NCBI GenBank assembly: GCA_039028615.1
Contig: JBCCHT010000012.1
Coordinates: 194,465 to 258,464, forward strand
From: Myxococcota bacterium
Lineage (GTDB): Bacteria; Myxococcota_A; Polyangia; Nannocystales; Nannocystaceae
Reading direction: 5' to 3'
DNA: 64,000 bases
This document shows, in pieces, positions 1 to 10,304 of the stretch. A program made the position numbers and the translations under genes. Under the pieces are notes generated by a model, which was not told where the DNA came from, ran no database searches, and saw only the letters and a program-made list of their open reading frames with translations. The stretch's first letter is position 1; each line of letters begins with the position of its first letter.

Positions 1-282
1 GTCGAGGGCTTCGGCATCGTGTTCCTCGAGGCCAACGCGTGCGGCAAGCCGGTCATCGGAGCCCGCAGCGGAGGCATCCCCGACGCGGTGGTCGAGGGGG
101 AGACCGGGCTGCTGGTCGAGCCGGGCAGTCCCGAGCAGCTCGCCGAGGCGCTGTGCGATCTGCTCGGCGACCCCGCCCGCTGCGAGGCCCTCGGCGCCGC
201 CGGACGAGCCCGGGTCGAAGGCTCGTTCACCTGGGACGTGGCGCACGCTCGCCTGCTCGCCTCCATGCAGCAGTCGGGCTAG
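1..282 (+). CDS. Glycosyltransferase family 4 (GT-B), C-terminal part; 5' end lies outside the window
   Basis: Frame is open from base 1. VEGFGIVFLEANACGKPVIGARSGGIPDAV matches the GT4 E-x7-E motif region. Confidence 0.9.
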   Translation, partial: VEGFGIVFLEANACGKPVIGARSGGIPDAVVEGETGLLVEPGSPEQLAEALCDLLGDPARCEALGAAGRARVEGSFTWDVAHARLLASMQQSG

Positions 283-291
283 CGTGGTGTG

Positions 292-1245
292 TCAGTCCAT
301 CCGCGACGGACCGAGCGGGTACAAGAACTCCTTGAGCCGCGCGTTGACCTTGGCGGGTCGGTCGATCTGCACCCAGTGGCTCGCGTCGTCGATCACGTCG
401 TAGCGGAAGTCGGGTGCAAAGGCCTCGGACGGCCGCGAGAACTCCTGCCCGATGTGCCGATCGCGTGCGCCCCAGATCACCTGCACCGGCCTCGGGATGG
501 GCCGCAGTGCACGCTTGAGGGCGAAGGGGCTGCGCCACAGCAGCGCCCGGTAGTAGTTGAGCGCGGCGGTGGTGGAGCCCCCGGACAGCGCCTGCACGTA
601 GCGATCGATGTCCGCCTCGGAGAACGCCCCCTCGCGCTCCGGCTCGTGCCGATACACCCTTCGCAGCAGCGCGCCGCCGTTTTTGGTCATGCGTCGCTCG
701 GGCAGCAGGGGCAGCTGCATGAGCAGCATGTACGAGCTCTTCTTGACCTGGGTGCGGCTGCGCATCATCTGCATCTGGAACTGCGGATGGGGGCAGTTGA
801 GCACCGAGAGCCGAGAGAGCCGGTCGGGGTGACGCATGGCGAACCACCATCCGACCAGGCCGCCCCAGTCGTGACCGACCACCGCGGCCCGGGTCTCCCC
901 GAGGCGCTCGACGAGCTGGGCGATGTCGGCCGTGAGTCGCTCGATTCGGTAGGCCCGGACGCCGCTGGGTTTGTCGGACAGGTTGTAGCCGCGCATGTCG
1001 GGCGCGACTACACGATAGCCTGCACGCACCAACACCGGGATCTGGAAGCGCCACGAGTACCAGAACTCGGGGAAGCCATGCAGCAGGATGACCAGGGGCC
1101 CCTCGCCGGCTTCGACCACGTGCAGGCGGACTTCGTCGAGCTGCACGTAGCGGTGCGTGACGAAGTCGTCGTTCCAGGGGATGAGCTCTGGAGCGAATCG
1201 CAAAGAAGTGGGGCTCGGCGTCTGCGACATCGGCGAGGTCTTCAT
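292..1245 (-). CDS. Alpha/beta hydrolase, epoxide hydrolase-like
   Basis: LHGFPEFWYSW, APDMRGY, GHDWGG nucleophile elbow, ASHWVQ catalytic His. Confidence 0.92.
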   Translation of the reverse strand: MKTSPMSQTPSPTSLRFAPELIPWNDDFVTHRYVQLDEVRLHVVEAGEGPLVILLHGFPEFWYSWRFQIPVLVRAGYRVVAPDMRGYNLSDKPSGVRAYRIERLTADIAQLVERLGETRAAVVGHDWGGLVGWWFAMRHPDRLSRLSVLNCPHPQFQMQMMRSRTQVKKSSYMLLMQLPLLPERRMTKNGGALLRRVYRHEPEREGAFSEADIDRYVQALSGGSTTAALNYYRALLWRSPFALKRALRPIPRPVQVIWGARDRHIGQEFSRPSEAFAPDFRYDVIDDASHWVQIDRPAKVNARLKEFLYPLGPSRMD

Positions 1246-1913
1246 TCTACGGCATGCACCGCGTCATGACCCGGCCATGTTTTCAGAGTCTGCGCCCACT
1301 GCTCGGGGGTATTGCAGCCCTGCACGACGCGCGGCTGCGGCAACGCGTCCACGTCGATCCGAAGGGCGTCCAGGGTCTCGAACAAAGATCGGGCAGAACG
1401 CTGCCCCGACTCCAGCAAACGATGGACCGCGGCTTTGGCCGGGGAAACCCGCAAGGCCGCGCACAGGGGATGAAGCCGGGCACGACCGTCCGATGACCCC
1501 GGCTGGGCCGGCACCACCGCGGCGGCATCGGGATTGCCGACGAGCTGCTCGATCATGAAGTGCAGGTGGGCGGCGTTCATCCACGGCGAGTCGCAGGCCG
1601 CCGTACACGCCAACTCGAGACCTCGCGACGCACAGTGATCGAGACCGACCGAGAAACCGCGCAAGGGCCCATCGAAGGCGCGCTCTGCGGGGTCGTCGAC
1701 CCGGACGGCCGGCGCGGGGAAGCTCGGCAGCGCACGCTGGGGCGAGCCGATCACCACCACCTCGAGCCCGGCGTCGAGCCCCGCCTGCACCACGTGCACC
1801 ACCAGCGGTCGCCCGCGCAGCTCGAGCCACGCCTTGTCGCGACCCATGCGCTGAGACCGACCCCCAGCAAGCACGACGAGCCCGGTTCGCATCGACATCG
1901 TGCTCCGCAGCAT
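1242..1913 (-). CDS. mobA: Molybdenum cofactor guanylyltransferase
   Basis: VLAGGRSQRMGRDKA, GPLRG, ACDSP, HPLCA and NTPE motifs. The start may be a few codons downstream. Confidence 0.85.
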   Translation of the reverse strand: MLRSTMSMRTGLVVLAGGRSQRMGRDKAWLELRGRPLVVHVVQAGLDAGLEVVVIGSPQRALPSFPAPAVRVDDPAERAFDGPLRGFSVGLDHCASRGLELACTAACDSPWMNAAHLHFMIEQLVGNPDAAAVVPAQPGSSDGRARLHPLCAALRVSPAKAAVHRLLESGQRSARSLFETLDALRIDVDALPQPRVVQGCNTPEQWAQTLKTWPGHDAVHAVE

Positions 1914-1978
1914 TGCTCAACCGCCGCCCCGCGTCGAGGTGCTCGGGACGAGCCCGGATGCTACCGTCCGGGCTCCCC

Positions 1979-2359
1979 ATGAAGCTCCGAATCCTCGATG
2001 ACTCTCTGCGTCTGCGCCTCCCCAAGAGCGAGGTCGAGCAGCTACGCGCCACCGGTCGGGTCGAGGCCGCCGTCCACTTCGGGCCCGGGCCGGAGCAACG
2101 CCTCACCTACGCGCTGGTCGTGGTGCCCGAGACTCAGCGAATCTCGGCCGTGCTCACCGATCGCGAGGTCGCGGTGCACCTACCCGAGTCGGTGGCCCAC
2201 GCGTGGGCGGACGGGGACGAGATCAGCCTGCGGGCAGAGCAATCGCTGGGCGACGACCGCTCGCTGTCGCTGCTGATCGAAAAGGACTTCAAGTGCGTCG
2301 TCCCCCGCGATGGCGAGCAGAACTACGACGGCTACGAAAACCCGAACCTCACCTGCTGA
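1979..2359 (+). CDS. Conserved small hypothetical protein (DUF7009-like)
   Basis: MKLRILDDSLRLRL N-terminus and LLIEKDFKC C-terminus. ATG at 1979 is in frame with ORF 1913-2359. Family name is from recall. Confidence 0.7.
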   Translation: MKLRILDDSLRLRLPKSEVEQLRATGRVEAAVHFGPGPEQRLTYALVVVPETQRISAVLTDREVAVHLPESVAHAWADGDEISLRAEQSLGDDRSLSLLIEKDFKCVVPRDGEQNYDGYENPNLTC

Positions 2360-2368
2360 GCGCTCGCC

Positions 2369-3202
2369 CTACGAGGGCCCGACCACCCGCTGCGCCCCCG
2401 CGTAGACGTTGAGGGTCTGGTCCCGCACGAAGGCCACCAGCGTCAGGCCGGCGCGCGTGGCCAGGTCGATCGCCAACGAGGACGGCGCGGAGACGGCCGC
2501 GATCACGGGCAAGCCCGCCGCGACGGCCTTGAGCGCGAGCTCATAGGACACGCGCCCCGAGACCATCAGCACGTGATCCCGCAGCGGCAGCCGCCCCTGT
2601 CGCAACGCCCAGCCCACGACCTTGTCGACCGCGTTGTGACGCCCGACGTCTTCGCGCACGACCAGCGGCTCGCCCTCCAGCGAAAACAGGCCCGCCGCGT
2701 GCAGGCCTCCCGTGCGACTGAACACCGCCTGCGCCTCGCGAAGCTTCGCGGGCAGCTCGTATAGCCGCGACACGGACACGCGAAAGTCGTCGTGCATCGG
2801 CTCGCACCGCGTCATGACCTGATCGATGGTGACCTTGCCGCACAGACCACAGCTGCTGCTCGCATAGAGGTTGCGTCGGAGTCGGGCGAGATCGACCTCG
2901 ACGTCGGGCGACAGCGTCGCTTGGATCACGTTGTTCTCGGCCGCCGGATCATCGACCACGGTGCAGTGCCGCACGCTCTGGATCGCCCCCGGTTCATCGA
3001 CCACGCCCTCGGTGGCCAGGAACCCGAGCGCCAGCTCCTCGTCATGACCAGGCGTACGCATGACTACCGCCACCGACACGCCGCCAATGCGAATTTCCAG
3101 GGGTTCTTCGCGGGCGATGTCGTCGACGTGGTCGTGGTGGGAGTCGTCACACCAACGCACACGTTGTCGTTGGACGTGTGGATCGTCGGGCTCGGCAGCC
3201 AT
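2369..3202 (-). CDS. fdhD: Formate dehydrogenase accessory sulfurtransferase FdhD
   Basis: EEPLEI, MRTPGHDEELALGFL, SSCGLCG, TGGLHAA, REDVGRHNAVDK, SAPSSLA. Confidence 0.95.
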   Translation of the reverse strand: MAAEPDDPHVQRQRVRWCDDSHHDHVDDIAREEPLEIRIGGVSVAVVMRTPGHDEELALGFLATEGVVDEPGAIQSVRHCTVVDDPAAENNVIQATLSPDVEVDLARLRRNLYASSSCGLCGKVTIDQVMTRCEPMHDDFRVSVSRLYELPAKLREAQAVFSRTGGLHAAGLFSLEGEPLVVREDVGRHNAVDKVVGWALRQGRLPLRDHVLMVSGRVSYELALKAVAAGLPVIAAVSAPSSLAIDLATRAGLTLVAFVRDQTLNVYAGAQRVVGPS

Positions 3203-3559
3203 GGAAGGTTCGCCAGGAGGACACAAGCGGAGATCGTTGTAGCAAGGAGCCTCGCCGGTCGTTGTCGCTTTCCGGTAAACCAGCCGCTACGCCCAGGTAG
3301 AGGGTCGTTGGCGGCCTTCTGCGAACACGCCTCGTCGTCGCAATCCCCGGTCGGTCCTGCGGCAAAAACCGACCCGGCGTCGCGCGGCGACGAGCGATCG
3401 ACGTCACACCGTGTCACCGCTCGGTCCCAAGTCCGACGAACTTCGCCCTCCCCAGGGATTCCCTCAGCGTGCGCGTCGTGTCGTGGGGCTCACCAGACGA
3501 ACGAACGCTCCGAACCGCGTTCGATGCCGCGTTGCGGATGGGTGTACATTTTCTGGGTG

Positions 3560-4756
3560 ATGCAACGAGGTGGAGTCGCGGCTGGTCTTGCCGCGGTGCT
3601 CGGGCTGCTCGTCGGGTGTCCGAGCAGCGACGAGGGGGAGGATGATGTCTTTGCGCGAGCGCTGATCGGGCCCGAGGGAGGTGAGGTCGCCGGGGGCAGT
3701 GTGGTCCTGGACATCCCCGCGGGTGCACTGACGGCGGAGACGGAGATCGAGCTTCGCCGCGCCGAGATCAACACGCTGACGGCACCGGGCTACCGCCAAG
3801 CGGGCGCGGTCATCTCGATCCACCCCGAAGGTCTGATCTTGCGACAGCCGGCTGCGCTGACCTTCACCAACAGCCGCGACGAGCCCGCCGTGCTCGTTCA
3901 GCAAGACGGCCTCCCCGTGGCCACGCACGGCGACACGGCCTACATCAACGAGTTTGCGGGGGCGGTGGCGAGCACTATCGAAGAGGAGACGATGCCTCGC
4001 GTGGTGGTGCAGGAGCCGAGCCTGGGGCTGCGCCCCGACGACGCGGGCACGACCCTTCGCGACACCGTGCGCCTGTCCTTGGAGGTCAGCGACACCCCCG
4101 ATCTGGCGGTGGTGCTGACCATCTACGACACGGACGAAGCCTACGACAAACCGCTCAACGGCACGGGCGAGGGCGAGTGCGGGTTCCGGCTGCTCAACAT
4201 CAACGGTGGCTCGCTCGCGGGCGACTGCACCGAGGGCTCATTCACGGGCACCGTTCGCACCACCACCTCGCTGGTCTCCTTCGATATCGAGCCCTTCCTC
4301 AGCGGCAAGATGGAGACCCCCGTCACCGTGGGCTTGGTGGTGGGCAACGAAGAGGTGGCCTATCACGCGGGCTTCTTCAGCTTCGACACCGGCTCGTGCT
4401 TCAACGAGACCTGCTCGGGCGTGGGCACCTGCGTCCCGCAAGGCGGCTCTGCGGTCTGCGAGTGCGACGAGGGCTTCCAAGCCGAAGGACTCGAGTGCGT
4501 CTGCGCCCCGCAATGCGACGGCCGACTCTGCGGACCCGACAGCTGCGGAGGCACCTGCGATCCGGGCTGCGGCGAGGGTGAGGTCTGCAACGACGAGGCC
4601 GGACAGTGCGAGCCCGATGACACCCCGCCGCCCGCGACCGACAGCACCGACGGTGGCGACAGCACCAGCGACGGCGGAGGCATGAGCAGCGACGGGATGA
4701 TGGGCACCACCGATGGCACGACCGGCGGTGGTGGCAGCAGCAGCGGCACCGGCTGA
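3560..4756 (+). CDS. Lipoprotein with ZU5-like N-terminal domain, Cys-rich EGF-like repeats and low-complexity tail
   Basis: Lipobox LLVGC. IGPEGG...LDIPAGAL...IHPEGLILRQPA is ZU5-like. CSGVGTC...CECDEGF is EGF-like. ATG at 3560 is in frame with ORF 2792-4756. Confidence 0.7.
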   Translation: MQRGGVAAGLAAVLGLLVGCPSSDEGEDDVFARALIGPEGGEVAGGSVVLDIPAGALTAETEIELRRAEINTLTAPGYRQAGAVISIHPEGLILRQPAALTFTNSRDEPAVLVQQDGLPVATHGDTAYINEFAGAVASTIEEETMPRVVVQEPSLGLRPDDAGTTLRDTVRLSLEVSDTPDLAVVLTIYDTDEAYDKPLNGTGEGECGFRLLNINGGSLAGDCTEGSFTGTVRTTTSLVSFDIEPFLSGKMETPVTVGLVVGNEEVAYHAGFFSFDTGSCFNETCSGVGTCVPQGGSAVCECDEGFQAEGLECVCAPQCDGRLCGPDSCGGTCDPGCGEGEVCNDEAGQCEPDDTPPPATDSTDGGDSTSDGGGMSSDGMMGTTDGTTGGGGSSSGTG

Positions 4757-4898
4757 CCATCGCCCGACAACAAAACCGGCCACAACTGCAGCGAATCGGC
4801 AGTTTCTGCCGGCTTTTCGAAAAAGTGACGGATCGAACCGGCGGTGCACATCTTACGCATCGACCGGTACCCTGCTCATGAACCGACGGAGTCTAGGC

Positions 4899-7355
4899 AT
4901 GCATAAGTCACTGTTGCTCACGGTCCCCATGCTCATGCTCGCTTGCGGGGACGACCCCGTGACCCCGAGCGATGGCGGCAGCAGTAGTACGGGCGGCACC
5001 ACCAGCGACGGCTCCACCGCGGCCACGCCCCCGAGCGCGGACGAGACGGGCACGACGGGCGAGGATCCGAGCACCGACGACAGTACTGGCGACGAGCCGG
5101 ATCCCAAGACGGTCGGCTGCACCTTCGCGGGATTCGAAGAAACCGCCTTTTCTCCCGAGGGCACCGCCTTCGACTGGGGCGAGGTCACACCCGACTTCAC
5201 CCTCGAGACGCTGCGCGGGCCGTGGACGCTCTCGGATCAGTGGGGCGACTGCTCGGTCGTCACCCTGCTGCCCTTCAACGCGCAGTTCACCGTGCAAGAC
5301 GTCGCGGACCTGGTCGAGGGTAGCGCACCGAACAACACCTATCTCATCTACTCCCGCGGGCTCGACCCCACCAACGACGTCAGCCAGATCGGAGCGGACA
5401 TCGAGGCGTACCTCGAGGCGCAGGGCCCCGAGGTCTACGAGGAGTGGACCGAGCGCTTCCGCTACGTGACCCAGACCACCGCCGGAGTGCCGCTCTTCGA
5501 CGCCACCGACGCGGTCAACACCCAGTACTTCGTCATCGACTCCCGCCAGCGGCTGCGCGACGCGGGCAGCTACAACGCCTTCAACGGCGACTTCACGCCC
5601 GCCATCGAGATGGCGAAGTTCGGCGCCCATTGGTTCAACTACGAGCGCCGCACCGAGGACAAGCTCGAGGCCGAGGCCCGCGATCCCGACGTGCTCATCG
5701 TCCCGTGGGTCACCGAGGGCTTCGACCAGACCGACGAGGGGCGGCTGGCGATCGAGCTGCCCTCCGCCGAGGAGATGGCCCGCTACGACCGCATGGAGAT
5801 CGTGGTCAAGGAGACCTGCGGCGAGGGAGCCCGCTTCCCCGTGCACTTCGGGCTGTGCCCCGCCTGGGACGTGGGCCACAAGATCAGCCTCTGCGAGGCC
5901 GAGGACGAGTGCACCAGCGACGAGTACAACCAGCTGTATCGCTACATCACGGGCTATCACTCCGGCGTGTGGCTATACGAGGACGTCTCGCACGGCCTGC
6001 CTTGGTTCAAGCAGGGCGGCACTCGCTGGCTCCGTACCAACCGCGGCGACTTCGTGGGCACGGTGGAGTTCCACTTCTTCGACGACGGTGAGCCCGAGCC
6101 CAGCGAGCATATCGGCGCGGCGCGGCACCTCACCGACCTGGGCGTGGCGAGCTTCGACGCCACCCACAACGACTCGTTCCCCAGCTACTCGTTCACCCCG
6201 CCGCCGGGTACCGTCCGCGTGATGCTCGACGCCCGGGTCCAGGGCGGCGGCAACCAGGCGGGCAACGGTTGCGCCGAGTTCTGCTCGCACGAGCACGACA
6301 TCGCCATCAACGGCCAGAGCTTCCAGCACACCTTCGTCATGAACCAGAGCGGCTACGAGTGTGCCGAGCGGACCCGCGAGGGCGTCACCGCGGGGCAGTT
6401 CGGCACCTGGTTCTTCGACCGCGGCTCGTGGTGCCCCGGCGGCCCCGTGGAGCGCTGGCAGGTCGACATCACCGACGCGGTCGATCTCGAGGGCCCCAAC
6501 GACGTGGTGATGACCAACGGCTTCGCGGGCAACACCTGGCCCCCCGGCGGAGGCCTGACCGCCACCGTCTGGGTCGTGTTCTACGGCGCCGACGGGGAGG
6601 CGCTCATCGAGCGCCAGCCCCCGGTGCAGTGCGCCAACCCTCCCACCGTCACCGTGCGCGACTTCTCGCGCACCCATCCCGACTTCGAGCCGATTCAGCT
6701 GGCCTGGACCGCGCTCGCGGACGGTGACCCGGTCAAGGAGGCGGCCCGAGGTGCGCTGACCGGCGTGGTCGCGCCCGACCTGGTGCTCGTGGACGACGAG
6801 TGGAAGCCGCAGCTCATCTGGCCCGAGGACACGCTGCCCTACACCACCGCCGCCAGCTTCGACGACTGGTGGCGAGACTCGGCCGACAGCTTCACCACCG
6901 TGCCCTCGCCCGACACCTTCGTGCGCAGCCGCCAGGGCACCGCCGGCTTCTTCCGCAGCTCGGGCGGGCTGTATGCCGCGGGCCCGCTGATCCCCGGCGA
7001 CTTCGGCTACGGCAACGAGGAGCTCACCTTCAACCTCCACGGCGTGGCCACCCCGGTCAACACGACCTACACCGCGGAGATCGTCGGCGACTTCGAGTAT
7101 CAGCCCGGTCAGCGCCTGCGCTTCGCCTCCAAGGCGGACCTGTTCGTGTTCATCGATCACCAGCTCGTGCACGAGTCGGGCGGCTTCTTGAACAAGAACT
7201 TCGGCGACAGTCGGACCATTCTCGAGCTCGACGACTTCGCGGGGCCCCTGGGCCTGGTGGCGGGCGACAGCTACGACATGCACATCTTCGCGGCGGGCAC
7301 CCGGGGGCAGTACGCCAACCCGCAGCTGTGGATCGAGCACCCCGCCTGCGACTGA
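4899..7355 (+). CDS. Lipoprotein with PNGase F-like domain and C-terminal fibro-slime/PA14-like domain
   Basis: Lipobox MLAC. CPAWD, CAEFC and RGSWCPG are PNGase F-like. VRDF..THPDFE and FEYQPG..F...DLFVFID..L are fibro-slime-like. Confidence 0.7.
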   Translation: MHKSLLLTVPMLMLACGDDPVTPSDGGSSSTGGTTSDGSTAATPPSADETGTTGEDPSTDDSTGDEPDPKTVGCTFAGFEETAFSPEGTAFDWGEVTPDFTLETLRGPWTLSDQWGDCSVVTLLPFNAQFTVQDVADLVEGSAPNNTYLIYSRGLDPTNDVSQIGADIEAYLEAQGPEVYEEWTERFRYVTQTTAGVPLFDATDAVNTQYFVIDSRQRLRDAGSYNAFNGDFTPAIEMAKFGAHWFNYERRTEDKLEAEARDPDVLIVPWVTEGFDQTDEGRLAIELPSAEEMARYDRMEIVVKETCGEGARFPVHFGLCPAWDVGHKISLCEAEDECTSDEYNQLYRYITGYHSGVWLYEDVSHGLPWFKQGGTRWLRTNRGDFVGTVEFHFFDDGEPEPSEHIGAARHLTDLGVASFDATHNDSFPSYSFTPPPGTVRVMLDARVQGGGNQAGNGCAEFCSHEHDIAINGQSFQHTFVMNQSGYECAERTREGVTAGQFGTWFFDRGSWCPGGPVERWQVDITDAVDLEGPNDVVMTNGFAGNTWPPGGGLTATVWVVFYGADGEALIERQPPVQCANPPTVTVRDFSRTHPDFEPIQLAWTALADGDPVKEAARGALTGVVAPDLVLVDDEWKPQLIWPEDTLPYTTAASFDDWWRDSADSFTTVPSPDTFVRSRQGTAGFFRSSGGLYAAGPLIPGDFGYGNEELTFNLHGVATPVNTTYTAEIVGDFEYQPGQRLRFASKADLFVFIDHQLVHESGGFLNKNFGDSRTILELDDFAGPLGLVAGDSYDMHIFAAGTRGQYANPQLWIEHPACD

Positions 7356-7973
7356 GGCGCTCGTCACCGTCACGACTCCGTGGTCGGGGTGCGATCACGA
7401 TCGATGAATCGGTCAGTTTCGTCGCCGCCCCGACCGCGCCCCCGGGACTTTCCCCGACGCTTCCGAACACCCCGTGACTGCGGCCACCAATCGAGCGGAC
7501 CCAGATCTACAGATCTGCGCTCACGCTCAAAAAATCCGCACGTAGGGCCAATTTTCTCCGCTCACGATCGCGGTGAAATATTGGTGTGCTCCACAGGGGG
7601 TTCGCGTCCTCACGGAAATCGGCTGGCACACCCCACCCCGTGAATCGAGCGGAATGACTCGGCCCGATTCCCGCTCCTACGGCGAGATGCGAACAATTGC
7701 GTCTTCCGCCGAGGCCTGTGACACCCAGACCTGTGGCTATGTGGCCTTGGGTTCGGCAAGCCCCATCGCAACGATTCTCCGATTTTCTAGAATCGCTCAA
7801 AACACCCGCTAGCTCCACGCTGAAGCCATTTGCGCACATCGGCGCACATTGAATGATCGGACGCTGCCCCCTAGGATGCCCTCGACCCGATCGCGGGTCG
7901 GGACTCGATGTTGTTCGCTGTGAGACGCACCGCACCGGTGTGGTCTCTCCGACTCCTGGGGAGTGTCAGAACG

Positions 7974-10274
7974 ATGAAGTTGCGCAGGAACAAACGAACG
8001 CTGGGACTCGGCACCATTGCCGTCACGCTCGGCCTCATGGCGACCGCCTCGTGCGGCAACGCCGACGAAAACGACGGCGACTGCCTGTCGAACGAGCAGT
8101 TCTTCCAGGAGAAGATCTATGCCCCCACGCTGACCGTGCGCTGCATCAGCTGCCACAACGACGTCGGCGAGGCGAGCAACACGAGCTTCATCCTGCGCGG
8201 CTCCGAGTCGGGCCCCGACTACCTCGAGCAGAACCTCAAGGTGTTCGAGCAGATGGCCAAGCTCGAGTACGACGGGGTCCCCTGGATCCTCGCCAAGCCG
8301 AGCAACGCAGTCGACCACTTCGGTGGCGAGCAGTTCCGAACCGACAGCGAGGAATATGCCGCCTTCCAGGAGATGATCGAGCGCATCGACAACCCGGTCA
8401 CCTGCGAAGAGACCGACGTCACCGAGGAGTTCTTCGACGGCGTCGAGCTGCTCGACGAGGTCGCCACCCTGCGCAAGGCCAGCCTGGCCCTGGTGGGGCG
8501 CCTGCCCACGGTCGAAGAGGAGCAGCTGGTCCGCGACGGCGGGTTCGAGGCCCTCGACACCGTGCTCGACGACATGATGACCGACGAGCGCTTCCTCGAC
8601 CGCGTCATCGAGATCTTCAACGACTCGTTCCTCACCGACCGCTACTACCCCACCACGCGGGCGCTCGACCTGTTGGCCGGGCTCACGGACGAGAACGACA
8701 ACCAGATCTACCCCAACGTCTACTGGTACGACGAGCTGCCCGACGAAGAGGCCGCGCTCGCCGAGAGCTTCTCCAACCGGGCCCTCGCTCGCGAGTCGCT
8801 CCAGCTGGTCGCCCACGTCGTCCGCAACGACCTGCCCTTCACCGAGGTCCTCACCGCCGACTACACGATGGTGAACTCGTACTCGGCGCAGAGCTACGGG
8901 GTCAGCGCCCAGTTCGAGACGGGCGACTACGGAGAGTTCGTTCCCGTCCAGATCCCGGGCATCCCCCACGCCGGCGTGTTGACCAACACGATCATCATGA
9001 CCCGGCTGCCCACCACGGACACCAACCGCAACCGGCACCGGGCGCGCAAGGTCTTCGAGTTCTTCCTGGCCACCGACGTGCTGCGCCTGGGCGAGCGTCC
9101 CATCGACGCGACGGGCTCGGACATCCTCAACCCCACCCTCAACAACCCCAACTGCTCCGTGTGCCACGCGGTCATCGACCCGGTGGCGGGCGCCCTGCAG
9201 AACTGGAGCATCGAGGGTCGCTACGCGCCGCGTGACGAGGGCTGGTACCCGGAGATGCGGCAGCCCGGCTTCGGCGACGTGGTCATGCCGCCCTCGGAGA
9301 ACGGTCGCGCCACCCAGTGGCTCGCCGAGCAGATCGCGAGCGACCCCCGCTTCACCGTCGCCCCGGTTCACATCATGTTCCGCGGCCTGTCGGGGCAGGA
9401 GCCGCTGCGCGAGCCCTCGGACCCGACCGACGAGTTCTACCTCCAGCACATCCGCGGCTTCGACGTGCAGTCCAAGGTCTTCCAGGAGATCGCCGACAAG
9501 TTCGTCGAGGACGATTACAACCTCAAGACGGTCGTCAAGGAGATCATCAAGTCTCCCTACTACCGCGCCCACAATGCCGAAGACCTCACCCCGGAGCGGG
9601 CCGCCGAGCTGTCCGACGTGGGTACGGGCCGACTGCTCACGCCCGAGCAGCTGCACCGCAAGATCGAGGCGATGACCGGTCAGCCCTGGCGAAACGGCGG
9701 CACCGACCTGCTGCTCACCGACGCCGAGTACTTGATCTTCTACGGCGGCATCAACTCCGATGACGTCACCGAGCGCATCACCGAGCCCAACGGCATCATG
9801 GCCAACGTGGCCTCCCGCATGGCCAACGAGATGGCCTGCTGGACGGTCGCCGGAGACTTCGCCAAGGACCCGTCGGAGCGGGCGATGTTCCCCTTCGTCG
9901 AGCTCAGCTACGAGCCCGAGGACGCCAACGGCTTCGAGGTCAACGGCTCGGCCGGAGCCATCCGAGCCAACATCCAGTACCTCCACCACCGCCTGCTGGG
10001 CGAGTTCGTCGACCTGAACGACCCCGAGGTCAACCGCAGCTACGAGCTGTTCCTCGAGGTCTGGAAGGACGGCCACGCCAAGGTCGGCCTGCCCGCCGAA
10101 GAGGGCGGCTACCCGGCCAACCTCCCGGGCGCCTGCCAGGCCACGACCGACTTCTGGACCGGCATGCCGCTTCCCGAGGAACGCCAAGTGGTGAACGACG
10201 AGGGCTACACCGTCCGCGCGTGGATGGCCGTCACCGCCTACCTACTCTCCGACTACCGCTTCCTGCACGAGTAA
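7974..10274 (+). CDS. Lipoprotein with two CxxCH heme-c motifs, DUF1588/DUF1592-like
   Basis: Lipobox TASC, CISCH, CSVCH-x-IDP, LRKASLALVGRLPT, PHAGVLT, RHRAR, and C-terminal YLLSDYRFLHE. Confidence 0.75.
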   Translation: MKLRRNKRTLGLGTIAVTLGLMATASCGNADENDGDCLSNEQFFQEKIYAPTLTVRCISCHNDVGEASNTSFILRGSESGPDYLEQNLKVFEQMAKLEYDGVPWILAKPSNAVDHFGGEQFRTDSEEYAAFQEMIERIDNPVTCEETDVTEEFFDGVELLDEVATLRKASLALVGRLPTVEEEQLVRDGGFEALDTVLDDMMTDERFLDRVIEIFNDSFLTDRYYPTTRALDLLAGLTDENDNQIYPNVYWYDELPDEEAALAESFSNRALARESLQLVAHVVRNDLPFTEVLTADYTMVNSYSAQSYGVSAQFETGDYGEFVPVQIPGIPHAGVLTNTIIMTRLPTTDTNRNRHRARKVFEFFLATDVLRLGERPIDATGSDILNPTLNNPNCSVCHAVIDPVAGALQNWSIEGRYAPRDEGWYPEMRQPGFGDVVMPPSENGRATQWLAEQIASDPRFTVAPVHIMFRGLSGQEPLREPSDPTDEFYLQHIRGFDVQSKVFQEIADKFVEDDYNLKTVVKEIIKSPYYRAHNAEDLTPERAAELSDVGTGRLLTPEQLHRKIEAMTGQPWRNGGTDLLLTDAEYLIFYGGINSDDVTERITEPNGIMANVASRMANEMACWTVAGDFAKDPSERAMFPFVELSYEPEDANGFEVNGSAGAIRANIQYLHHRLLGEFVDLNDPEVNRSYELFLEVWKDGHAKVGLPAEEGGYPANLPGACQATTDFWTGMPLPEERQVVNDEGYTVRAWMAVTAYLLSDYRFLHE

Positions 10275-10304
10275 GCGCCGAGGAACGAAAAGGAAAACGT
10301 CATC

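Noticed and set aside
7809..10187. Long antisense ORFs (also 24396-26228, 40925-43132, 47954-50281, 59280-62372 and others)
   Set aside because: They mirror well-supported genes on the opposite strand, an expected shadow of high third-position GC, and show no motifs.
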